IMG/VR virus record: IMGVR_UViG_3300027977_000008
Location: 107,944 to 171,943 of that record
From: a virus
Length of the DNA stretch: 64,000 nucleotides
Strand: one strand, 5' to 3'
Below the pieces are notes generated by a model that did no database searches, was not told the origin of the DNA, and worked only from the letters and a program-made list of their open reading frames with translations. Below, one piece after another: positions 56,940 to 64,000 of this stretch (positions within the stretch are counted from its first letter, which is position 1; each line of letters starts with the position of its first letter). A program made the position numbers and the translations under genes.

Positions 56940-57663
56940 ACAAATCTCACTCAATCTTACAATTGAAGAACTTGAAATTATTGATAAGTATATTGAGTTA
57001 AATGATGATACAAGACAACTCTTTGATAAAATCCAGAAGGCTTATCCAAGATCACCAGTAGAAACAGCATATAAAAGAGTTTTTGGTGAGTATCCTCCAA
57101 CCGATCCAAGTGTTCATAATTTTGATGATAATCAGTGGTTTGCATTTCATAGGGGTTATAGTTGTGGATATGGGGATAGCTTAAAAAATGATAAAGAAGA
57201 GAAACTATTGTTAAAGAAAATTTTCCAAGAAGAAAGGGAAAGACAAGAAGAAAATGAAAGAATTGAAAGAAATCTTAAAACTTCTCTTCAAGAACTCTCA
57301 AATGGTGATGTGAGACCTATTGATGATGTTGTGAAAGAAGCAAAAAAAGAACTTGTTGAGAAACCAACAAAGAAGTTTCTGGATGTCCTGGATGATATTG
57401 CCTTTCCAGAGTGGGGGACTGTAGATAAACCAGAAGAGAAACAATCAAAAACCCTGACTGATATTTTATATCGTTGGTGGGATGATGTATTCACAACTCA
57501 TAGTGATTGGGATAAGGAAACTTGTGTTGAGGATTTGATAGACCAAGTAGAGCAATGGTTGCCTAAACAAAAATCTGCTAGTTCACAAAATGTTCTTGAT
57601 GATGCGGACATAGTAAAAGGTTTCAACGATTGTCTCAAAAAAATCAAGAGCAAACTACGATGA
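56932..57663 (+). CDS. Hypothetical protein
   Basis: GGAGG RBS before ATG 56932. Confidence 0.65.
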   Translation: MTEQISLNLTIEELEIIDKYIELNDDTRQLFDKIQKAYPRSPVETAYKRVFGEYPPTDPSVHNFDDNQWFAFHRGYSCGYGDSLKNDKEEKLLLKKIFQEERERQEENERIERNLKTSLQELSNGDVRPIDDVVKEAKKELVEKPTKKFLDVLDDIAFPEWGTVDKPEEKQSKTLTDILYRWWDDVFTTHSDWDKETCVEDLIDQVEQWLPKQKSASSQNVLDDADIVKGFNDCLKKIKSKLR

Positions 57664-58028
57664 CTTATTCAAGACCACTTTTAGGAACTGATACAAAGAA
57701 AATTAAACTTTCTTGGTTTGAGTACATTGTATTCTCTTGTCTTAAGCAAGGGTGGTATAATTGTTGGTACTCCTTTAAGAATTGGGGTGATTTGATGGGA
57801 AACTCATATCAGGATTATGCACTACTCAAAGATGATGACCCATTGGAGCAATGTACCTTATACTTTTGGGATAGTTTAGAAGATGAGATTTATCCTAAAT
57901 CCTTTTTGGAAAGTCTCTTACAGATGGTTGATGATATTGACACGGGCAAGGAAAAAGTTTATCCTATGGATGATGTAATGGCAAATCTAAAAACTTGGTT
58001 AGAAGAGGAAGATGATGAAGTTGAATAA
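57660..58028 (+). CDS. Hypothetical protein
   Basis: ATGA overlap; acidic C-terminus. Confidence 0.65.
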   Translation: MTYSRPLLGTDTKKIKLSWFEYIVFSCLKQGWYNCWYSFKNWGDLMGNSYQDYALLKDDDPLEQCTLYFWDSLEDEIYPKSFLESLLQMVDDIDTGKEKVYPMDDVMANLKTWLEEEDDEVE

Positions 58029-58266
58029 TAACCCTGAATATCCACATTCAGAATTTCCTGTGCGTCTGGAACATATGGAAGGCAAGGACCAAATGGATAA
58101 AAAAGTCTGTTTCTTTCAAAGCCAAGAGCACTTGCAAAAATACCTGAATAATGCTAAACTTAAGGAGAACCAGTATCAGGCATACTACAGAGATAATGAT
58201 TTACAAACCACCAGTAGAAGTGCGAATGCAACAACTGGAAGACGAAAACGTGGGAATGACAAATGA
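58012..58266 (+). CDS. Hypothetical protein
   Basis: FPVRLEH...KKVCFFQ..EHL.KYL. Confidence 0.65.
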   Translation: MMKLNNNPEYPHSEFPVRLEHMEGKDQMDKKVCFFQSQEHLQKYLNNAKLKENQYQAYYRDNDLQTTSRSANATTGRRKRGNDK

Positions 58267-58347
58267 ACTCTATGAACTTCAAATTGAGATTGATATGCTC
58301 AAAGAACGTATAAAAACTTTAGAAAACCTTGTAATCGGTGATGACAA

Positions 58348-58806
58348 ATGACTGCTTATTTCAACCATGCAAAACATACACTTTCACAACTTCAAGCATT
58401 TTTGCACGATGCAATGAACGAAGAAAATCTCAGTGCTGAAGAAATCTATGATGTAATTATAGAAAATGTTGCATCAGATGTAGAACACTATCAGATGCAG
58501 TATCAAAAGTCAGAAAGACTTTTTAATTTACTGAAAGGTTATGTGAAACCTGAAGAAGAACCTGAAGAGTATGATTATGATGATATGATTGCTAAAGGGT
58601 ATTGGATGAATGCTGATGGGTTCTGGATGCCTCCAGAAAAAGAAGATAAGGTAATTCGGTGGTCATTACCAATAGAAGAAGCGGAAGATGGTGAATATTA
58701 CATTACTTTTCCAGAAGACTTATTAGAGGCATCAAAACTTGTTCCTGGTGATAATGTAGAGTGGGTGGATTTGACTGAAAATACTTATCTGTTGAGGAAA
58801 GTTTGA
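58348..58806 (+). CDS. Protein with C-terminal AbrB/MazE-like DNA-binding domain
   Basis: YYITFPEDLLEASKLVPGDNVEW swapped-hairpin-like motif. Confidence 0.6.
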   Translation: MTAYFNHAKHTLSQLQAFLHDAMNEENLSAEEIYDVIIENVASDVEHYQMQYQKSERLFNLLKGYVKPEEEPEEYDYDDMIAKGYWMNADGFWMPPEKEDKVIRWSLPIEEAEDGEYYITFPEDLLEASKLVPGDNVEWVDLTENTYLLRKV

Positions 58807-59021
58807 TGAGCCTATCTAAATCCGTGGAAGAAAGTATAAGAGAGGCAGAAAGTCATTTAAGAAATGCACTTTCATATTCCGCACGTCAAGAATCTCCATA
58901 TGTATCTTGCGTAATTGCAGATATGATCGCAAAATTAGATCAACTCATTGAAACAGATAAGTTTCTGGATAAGGTTAAGGGTATGATGAAAAAATACGAA
59001 GGAGGACCACATAATGACTGA
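58803..59021 (+). CDS. Hypothetical protein
   Basis: LSKSVEES..EA..HLRNAL...AR.E. Confidence 0.65.
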   Translation: MMSLSKSVEESIREAESHLRNALSYSARQESPYVSCVIADMIAKLDQLIETDKFLDKVKGMMKKYEGGPHND

Positions 59022-59463
59022 ACAATTTGGATTTAATGAACCAGCATCACAGTATATACCAAAACCAAATGCTGTTTCGACGGGAGAACTTATCGACTCT
59101 CCTAAATTTCAAGAAGAACAATCAAAGAAGAATACTCTTCTAGAAAGTCTCAATTCACTAGAAATGGTGAAGATGAGAGAAGACCTTGCAAAAGCACATA
59201 AAGATAGTATTGAGGCATCTGTTGGATGGTATCATATGCTATCCGCCGAGGATAAGTATAAGGCAGTAGAGGCATTTTGTTATATTATCTGTAAGGCAGA
59301 ACGAGAAGGAACCTCTCATAGAGGTCTAATGGATACTCTTGGTGTATATCCAGAAGCATTTTGGATTGATCACTTGATGGACTTACATAATGCGATGTGG
59401 ACTTTTTATCATGATAAAAAAGAGAAACGAGAATTGCAGCAAGACCTTGATACCTTACAATAA
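59014..59463 (+). CDS. Hypothetical protein
   Basis: GGAGG RBS; 149 aa. Confidence 0.65.
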   Translation: MTEQFGFNEPASQYIPKPNAVSTGELIDSPKFQEEQSKKNTLLESLNSLEMVKMREDLAKAHKDSIEASVGWYHMLSAEDKYKAVEAFCYIICKAEREGTSHRGLMDTLGVYPEAFWIDHLMDLHNAMWTFYHDKKEKRELQQDLDTLQ

Positions 59464-59488
59464 ATGTTTCCAATTTGAGAATAACGAT

Positions 59489-59547
59489 GTGCCAGTTTGT
59501 CAAACTGTCCACCATTTGCCCCTGAGCACCCGTTGCTGTGGTATGAT
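59489..59547 (+). promoter_or_regulatory. Palindrome-type promoter copy 5
   Basis: GTGCCAGTTTG-T-CAAACTGTCCAC; TATGAT 34 nt after AACTG. Confidence 0.75.
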
Positions 59548-59571
59548 TACTTTGTAATCGAAAGAACACAA

Positions 59572-59721
59572 ATGTGGGACGAAATTGCTGACATGCCTGG
59601 TGAAATCTTTGATATTAGTGATGAAGATCGTGAGGAAATGGTAAAAGAGTTTAATAAACCTGTAGAAGAATATAACGTCTATTGGAATACTGATCGTGAA
59701 GAATTTGAAGTCGTAGCATGA
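59572..59721 (+). CDS. Small acidic protein (49 aa)
   Basis: MWDEIADMPGEIFDISDEDREE...; first ATG after the promoter. Confidence 0.6.
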   Translation: MWDEIADMPGEIFDISDEDREEMVKEFNKPVEEYNVYWNTDREEFEVVA

Positions 59722-59852
59722 AAACAACTTACATTTTCCTGGCATTCATTGCCATTCTTGGTTACACTACATTTCTAGCAAAACGTGACCAACAATTGTT
59801 TCAAAAATACAATCATGAACAAAGAACCGTCAGTCAATCTGTTACCCTATGA
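59718..59852 (+). CDS. Small membrane-anchored protein (paralog of 5127)
   Basis: MKTTYIFLAFIAILGYTTFLAKRDQQLFQKY; ATGA overlap. Confidence 0.6.
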   Translation: MKTTYIFLAFIAILGYTTFLAKRDQQLFQKYNHEQRTVSQSVTL

Positions 59853-60021
59853 GATGAACATTATCATGGCAGCCTTGAACAATTTAACGCTTCCTGATGA
59901 AAAAAAACTAGAGGAAGAGTATGGAAGTGTGAGTGCATTGTATAATAAGATTTACAGTGTATGGGAAAAGTCTGGTGGTAAGACTGAAAAATATGATAAA
60001 TTATTAAATCCATCTTACTGA
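59785..60021 (+). CDS. Hypothetical protein
   Basis: ORF track; YGSVSALYNK; true start probably at the internal Met. Confidence 0.55.
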   Translation: MTNNCFKNTIMNKEPSVNLLPYEMNIIMAALNNLTLPDEKKLEEEYGSVSALYNKIYSVWEKSGGKTEKYDKLLNPSY

Positions 60022-60377
60022 TAACTATCATCGTATCAAATGAAGTATCTTGTTTCTGGTTTAGTGAATGGTTGGAGAAGCGAAACTTGGATTAGTGCTC
60101 CAACACTACATCAAGCAATCAAATTGTTTGAAAACATGTATAATGGTGCAAGAAATGTTTATGTTCTTGATCAAGAATGATTGAACTTGCTATGATGTAT
60201 GGACTGCTTGTAGGTAGTGCTCAAGTTGGTCCATATTTTATTCAAGAAAATTATCTTTATTACAATCACATTTACACCGTCGTTGTTGACACCGAATGAT
60301 CCCTGATAACATTGAAGAACTCGCAGCAGAATTGGAAGTCACTGTAGACTATTATCTTGCAGAGTTCTTTATACCAT

Positions 60378-60435
60378 GTGACAGTTGCGAGACTGCATAC
60401 TAAATCGCCTACGAGCGATTTTTTCATGTTAATGT
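60378..60435 (+). promoter_or_regulatory. Palindrome-type promoter copy 6, with embedded hairpin
   Basis: GTGACAGTT-GCGA-GACTGCATAC; AAATCGC-CTACGA-GCGATTT-TTT; TAATGT 34 nt after GACTG. Confidence 0.65.
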
Positions 60436-60459
60436 AACTAACATAATCAAACAATTCAA

Positions 60460-61038
60460 ATGACTACCTACCTAGAAGACAATCTGCTTCCGCTGATTTT
60501 GTCTATCAAAACTCCTAAAACTGATAGTTACATTATGATCGCTTCTGGTCTTGGTGATCGCACATCTCAAAGTAGCATTCTAATTCAAGTTGGTAATAAA
60601 CTTGAAAAGTTTTGGAACAATGTTATTAGTAAATGTGCTCATAATTTGATCGAAGTTAGTAATAAAATTAAAGTCAATGGCAAAAATCGTCAACTCGATC
60701 ATTTGTTTGAGTGTATGCCAGATACATACCTTTTGTATTTGGAATCGAAGTGCAATCTAAACTTTGATACTGAAAAAAAACCTGCCAGCAATGATAAAGT
60801 TGAAGCAGTGTGTGATGCAATTTCTGAGAAATACAATAGCGAAGTAACTGCTGGGTATTTTGTTCCTTGCATCCGTGAAGTTCCTGATGGTGTGAAGAAA
60901 AAGTATCCCGACATTAACATCTATGGTGTAGAATGGTTGATGAATACTATCAACTGTGATCTGTTTACTGTTGATGAGTTTTTTACATTCTTTGAGGAAG
61001 TTATTGGTCCTATTCTTGAAGAAAAGATTTATGGTTAA
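60460..61038 (+). CDS. Putative PD-(D/E)XK restriction-like endonuclease
   Basis: GNKLEKFW...QLDHLF...YLESK pattern; overlaps the methylase gene. Confidence 0.6.
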   Translation: MTTYLEDNLLPLILSIKTPKTDSYIMIASGLGDRTSQSSILIQVGNKLEKFWNNVISKCAHNLIEVSNKIKVNGKNRQLDHLFECMPDTYLLYLESKCNLNFDTEKKPASNDKVEAVCDAISEKYNSEVTAGYFVPCIREVPDGVKKKYPDINIYGVEWLMNTINCDLFTVDEFFTFFEEVIGPILEEKIYG

Positions 61039-61825
61039 ACCTGTCATCAAATATCAAGGCGGTAAAACTAAAGAATTGCCGTTGATTAAGCAACTCGCAC
61101 CTGAGCAATTCTCCCGTATTATTGAACCATTCTGTGGTGGTGCTGCGGTATCATTTAAATATGGATATTCGTGTATTCTCAATGATGTGAACCCTGCGGT
61201 AATTAATCTGTATAGGGTGATTGCATCCAAGGATTATGCTACCGTACAAAATAGAATTGATACGATCAAATCGTATGATCACGATGCGCTTGAGAAAGCA
61301 TACTATACTGCCCGTGATGTAATCAATCATCCTGGTGATTACAGTAGATTAGTGTACGCTATCTCATATATCATCGTTAGGCAATTATGCTTCAGTGGTA
61401 TGGAACGGTATAATGCTGCTGGACAATTTAATGTGCCATTTGGTCATTACAAAAAACTTTCTTGCAATCTATCACCAGAGCACCATCAATTCTTATCAAC
61501 CAAGGTAGAATTGCGTGAGGAAGATGGTGTCGAACTAATAAACCATTGTGATAAGAATGACTTTATCTTTCTAGATCCACCGTACATTGATCGTTTAGGA
61601 TATACAACTGGAGACGGTGGAAATGATCTGCACGATAGACTACTCCAAGCGATGAAATCTACTAAAGCGAAATGGTTATTCATTCACACAGATTGTGACT
61701 ATTATCGTGATAACTTGTCTGAGTTTGATATAAAAAGCGAAGAGTTTCGTTATGCACAGAACTTCGGTAAAGGTAAAGATCACTCAGGAGCAAAAGTATC
61801 ACACATTTATGTAAAGAACTATTGA
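61031..61825 (+). CDS. dam: DNA adenine methyltransferase (Dam/D12 class)
   Basis: KYQGGK; EPFCGG; NDVN; RYN..G.FNVPFG; LDPPY; ATG 61031. Confidence 0.92.
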   Translation: MVKPVIKYQGGKTKELPLIKQLAPEQFSRIIEPFCGGAAVSFKYGYSCILNDVNPAVINLYRVIASKDYATVQNRIDTIKSYDHDALEKAYYTARDVINHPGDYSRLVYAISYIIVRQLCFSGMERYNAAGQFNVPFGHYKKLSCNLSPEHHQFLSTKVELREEDGVELINHCDKNDFIFLDPPYIDRLGYTTGDGGNDLHDRLLQAMKSTKAKWLFIHTDCDYYRDNLSEFDIKSEEFRYAQNFGKGKDHSGAKVSHIYVKNY

Positions 61826-61829
61826 TGGT

Positions 61830-61887
61830 GTGCCAGTTTGCGAACTGTCCACTAAATCGCCAACTGCCCCCAGCACCGTGTTATGGT
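61830..61887 (+). promoter_or_regulatory. Palindrome-type promoter copy 7
   Basis: GTGCCAGTT-TGCG-AACTGTCCAC; TATGGT 34 nt after AACTG. Confidence 0.75.
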
Positions 61888-61916
61888 ATATTCATACAAA
61901 CAAAGGGAGAAACCCG

Positions 61917-62102
61917 ATGACCGCAACTTTCCAAATGAACAGAATCGAAATCAATATTTCCATCCTGCAACTGAACCAACAAAAGGAAGTTCTTCAGAAT
62001 CAAGTGGATAATCTTCAGCAACATATCAACTTTCTTGTTGCTGAACGTGAACAACTTCGCTTTAATGATACATCACTTTTCGATGAACTGTTCGGCGGTT
62101 AA
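61917..62102 (+). CDS. Coiled-coil hypothetical protein
   Basis: GGGAG RBS before ATG 61917. Confidence 0.6.
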   Translation: MTATFQMNRIEINISILQLNQQKEVLQNQVDNLQQHINFLVAEREQLRFNDTSLFDELFGG

Positions 62103-62139
62103 TTAACTTTTTTCAAACCTTCTCTAAACAAACAAAATC

Positions 62140-62550
62140 ATGGCAACTCGCTCACGCATCGGTATTCAACTTGCCGACGAATCTATTCTTTCGATATACT
62201 GTCATTATGATGGATATCCTGAGTTCAATGGTGTAAAACTCCAAGAACATTTCAACTCTCGTGATGCTGCCACTGAACTGATTGATGGTGGTGATATAAG
62301 TTGCCTGTGGACAAATGCTGGATTTTGGAATGGTGAAATTCGCCCTGAAGTTGGTCCTCTTTACTATTCTTCCAGGTTCCCCTCTGATAACACTGAACCT
62401 CGTTATGATATGTCTCTGGGGACTTATCTTGCGAATGGTGAAGAGTATGCCTATCTATTTGCGAATGGCAAATGGGTATGTTACAATACTAAAGATTGGA
62501 GTGAAACATACCTTCAACAAGTAGAAATTCCTGTTCCTGTTGCTGCCTGA
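62140..62550 (+). CDS. Conserved phage hypothetical protein
   Basis: MATRSRIG...SIYCHYDGYPE..G..L; GGDISCL; EEYAYLF. Confidence 0.8.
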   Translation: MATRSRIGIQLADESILSIYCHYDGYPEFNGVKLQEHFNSRDAATELIDGGDISCLWTNAGFWNGEIRPEVGPLYYSSRFPSDNTEPRYDMSLGTYLANGEEYAYLFANGKWVCYNTKDWSETYLQQVEIPVPVAA

Positions 62551-62552
62551 TT

Positions 62553-62726
62553 ATGAATCTCTCACCAAAGTATTTCATTACTTTTGCCCTTCTATTCCTT
62601 GCTATGGGTGCATGGCAAGTATTTCTTATTCAACGAGATGATAAGATGTTTGGTGCCTATAAGAATCGTCACCAACAAATCTGCGAACAAATTAAATCCT
62701 TTTCCCCTGATTGTCACATCGAATAA
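62553..62726 (+). CDS. Small membrane-anchored protein (paralog of 5127)
   Basis: TM helix followed by RDDKMFGAY...C...SPDC. Confidence 0.6.
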   Translation: MNLSPKYFITFALLFLAMGAWQVFLIQRDDKMFGAYKNRHQQICEQIKSFSPDCHIE

Positions 62727-63163
62727 TGACTGCTACTTTCGCTGACTATGTTGCCGAGCAAGATGCAAAGAACACTATTAGTTTGAAAGTGACAGAATGG
62801 TGCCTAATGTTATGTGATGCACTGAAAGATAATTATATTAAGTATGCAATTCGTGGGCATCAACAAAGGTTGCATGTCGATAGTCACAATTATCATAAAG
62901 AGCAAATTGAGAACTTGAAGGCAGGTAATTGTCCGATTGATTATGTAATTGAGAGCGGCAGAAAGTATCATAAACTCATTTTAATTGATGGTAGTAGTGG
63001 ACGATCTGTCCACGCATTTGTAGATCGTAAGAGTGGCGAGGTTTATAAATCTGCATCCTGGAAGTCTCCTGCTAAGGGAGTAAGATTTGATATGAGATTG
63101 ATAACTGATAGGGAGTATCTTCTGGAGAATGCTGATTGGGCAGGCGGGTATCTTTACAAATAA
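62726..63163 (+). CDS. Conserved phage hypothetical protein
   Basis: GRKYHK...SVHAFVD...GEVYK.ASW..PAKGVR...WAGGYLY. Confidence 0.8.
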   Translation: MTATFADYVAEQDAKNTISLKVTEWCLMLCDALKDNYIKYAIRGHQQRLHVDSHNYHKEQIENLKAGNCPIDYVIESGRKYHKLILIDGSSGRSVHAFVDRKSGEVYKSASWKSPAKGVRFDMRLITDREYLLENADWAGGYLYK

Positions 63164-63185
63164 AAGTAAGAAATGGGGATTTGAT

Positions 63186-63242
63186 GTGCCAGTTGCCTAA
63201 CTGACCACTAAATCCCCAAAGGGTTCTGATCTGGGGTATATT
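63186..63242 (+). promoter_or_regulatory. Palindrome-type promoter copy 8
   Basis: GTGCCAGTT-GCCT-AACTGACCAC; TATATT 33 nt after AACTG. Confidence 0.75.
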
Positions 63243-63269
63243 ACTAAGGTAATCAAGGAAACGAACCAA

Positions 63270-63434
63270 ATGCAACTCTCGATCCGATGTTCTTCTGCCC
63301 CGTGGGAGAACGAAACCACTGATGAAGATCGTGCTATTGATCTTGCATATTCTCTCTCTGAAGAATACTCTTGCGATGTTCAGTTAGTATACACTTCAAC
63401 TGGAACTATTCACTCTGTTGTTTCTAACTACTAA
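63270..63434 (+). CDS. Small hypothetical protein (54 aa)
   Basis: MQLSIRCSSAPWENETTDEDRAIDLAY...; first ORF after the promoter. Confidence 0.6.
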   Translation: MQLSIRCSSAPWENETTDEDRAIDLAYSLSEEYSCDVQLVYTSTGTIHSVVSNY

Positions 63435-63443
63435 TCAAACAAA

Positions 63444-63671
63444 ATGACACTCACCACTCAACAAATGACATTCACCAAAAAGCAACTTACCAATGCTTAT
63501 ATTACTCATATAGTAGAGAATATGGAACTTGAAACTCTTATGGGTTTCGCGTGTGATTACCTTCAAGATCATTATGCAGGTTTGTCTGTAGATGAATTGA
63601 TTGCTGAAGTTGATGATATTGCCCCTGAGATATTAGAAGAATTAGCAGAAGAAATTGGAGCAACTAAATGA
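63444..63671 (+). CDS. Small acidic hypothetical protein
   Basis: ORF track. Confidence 0.6.
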   Translation: MTLTTQQMTFTKKQLTNAYITHIVENMELETLMGFACDYLQDHYAGLSVDELIAEVDDIAPEILEELAEEIGATK

Positions 63672-63868
63672 CACAAACCATTTATGTTAAATTCTCTTAT
63701 GAGAATAAAGTTTCAGAATTAGTTCCCATTCACACTCAGTTAGATCTATCAAAGAACTCTAACAGAACAAGGTTACTCAATCGACTGCTAAAATCAGTTC
63801 CTGATGGCACTGAAGTCTCACTACCTAAAATGAGTAATGTTCTCTACAAATCACCACTGAACAAATGA
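63668..63868 (+). CDS. Hypothetical protein
   Basis: GGAG RBS; ATGA overlap. Confidence 0.6.
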   Translation: MTQTIYVKFSYENKVSELVPIHTQLDLSKNSNRTRLLNRLLKSVPDGTEVSLPKMSNVLYKSPLNK

Positions 63869-64000
63869 CACTCACAAACAAAATGACTACTAAAACTTGG
63901 GTTATTAGACTTGAAATTGAGATTGATGAGAATGATCATCCTCGCAAGTTTATTCCTGAAGCAATCAATGAGTGTCTGAATCTTGAAGAAGGTGAAGACC

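Noticed and set aside
1-64000. CRISPR array
   Set aside because: No regularly spaced repeat-spacer run. The palindromes are dispersed promoter elements and the tandem repeats are in-frame coding duplications.

Overview
A 64-kb AT-rich segment of a T4-like cyanomyovirus, probably a freshwater Synechococcus/Cyanobium phage (inferred from gene content). In order: (1) 1-5 kb: the 3' part of psbA, an endonuclease-VII-type homing endonuclease, psbD and two paralogous late genes with cassette-like architecture. (2) 5-17 kb: glutaredoxin, thyX, phoH, an exonuclease, gp33, gp59 and gp32, with three radical SAM genes, two carbamoyltransferase genes and an NtcA-box / tandem glutamine-riboswitch / DUF4278 peptide unit inserted among them. 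(3) 17-43 kb: baseplate, tail and fibre genes, with cp12 and two tRNA genes. (4) 43-46 kb: a CMP-sugar-type module. (5) 47-64 kb: a vWA/CobS pair and an early region of small ORFs, including a putative endonuclease + Dam-like methylase pair. Best leads: the riboswitch unit with an ORF inside its second aptamer; the carbamoyltransferase/radical SAM set; the cassette-like putative internal head polyproteins; and eight copies of a palindrome at fixed distance from a -10 box. All calls come from reading motifs by eye; no searches were run.
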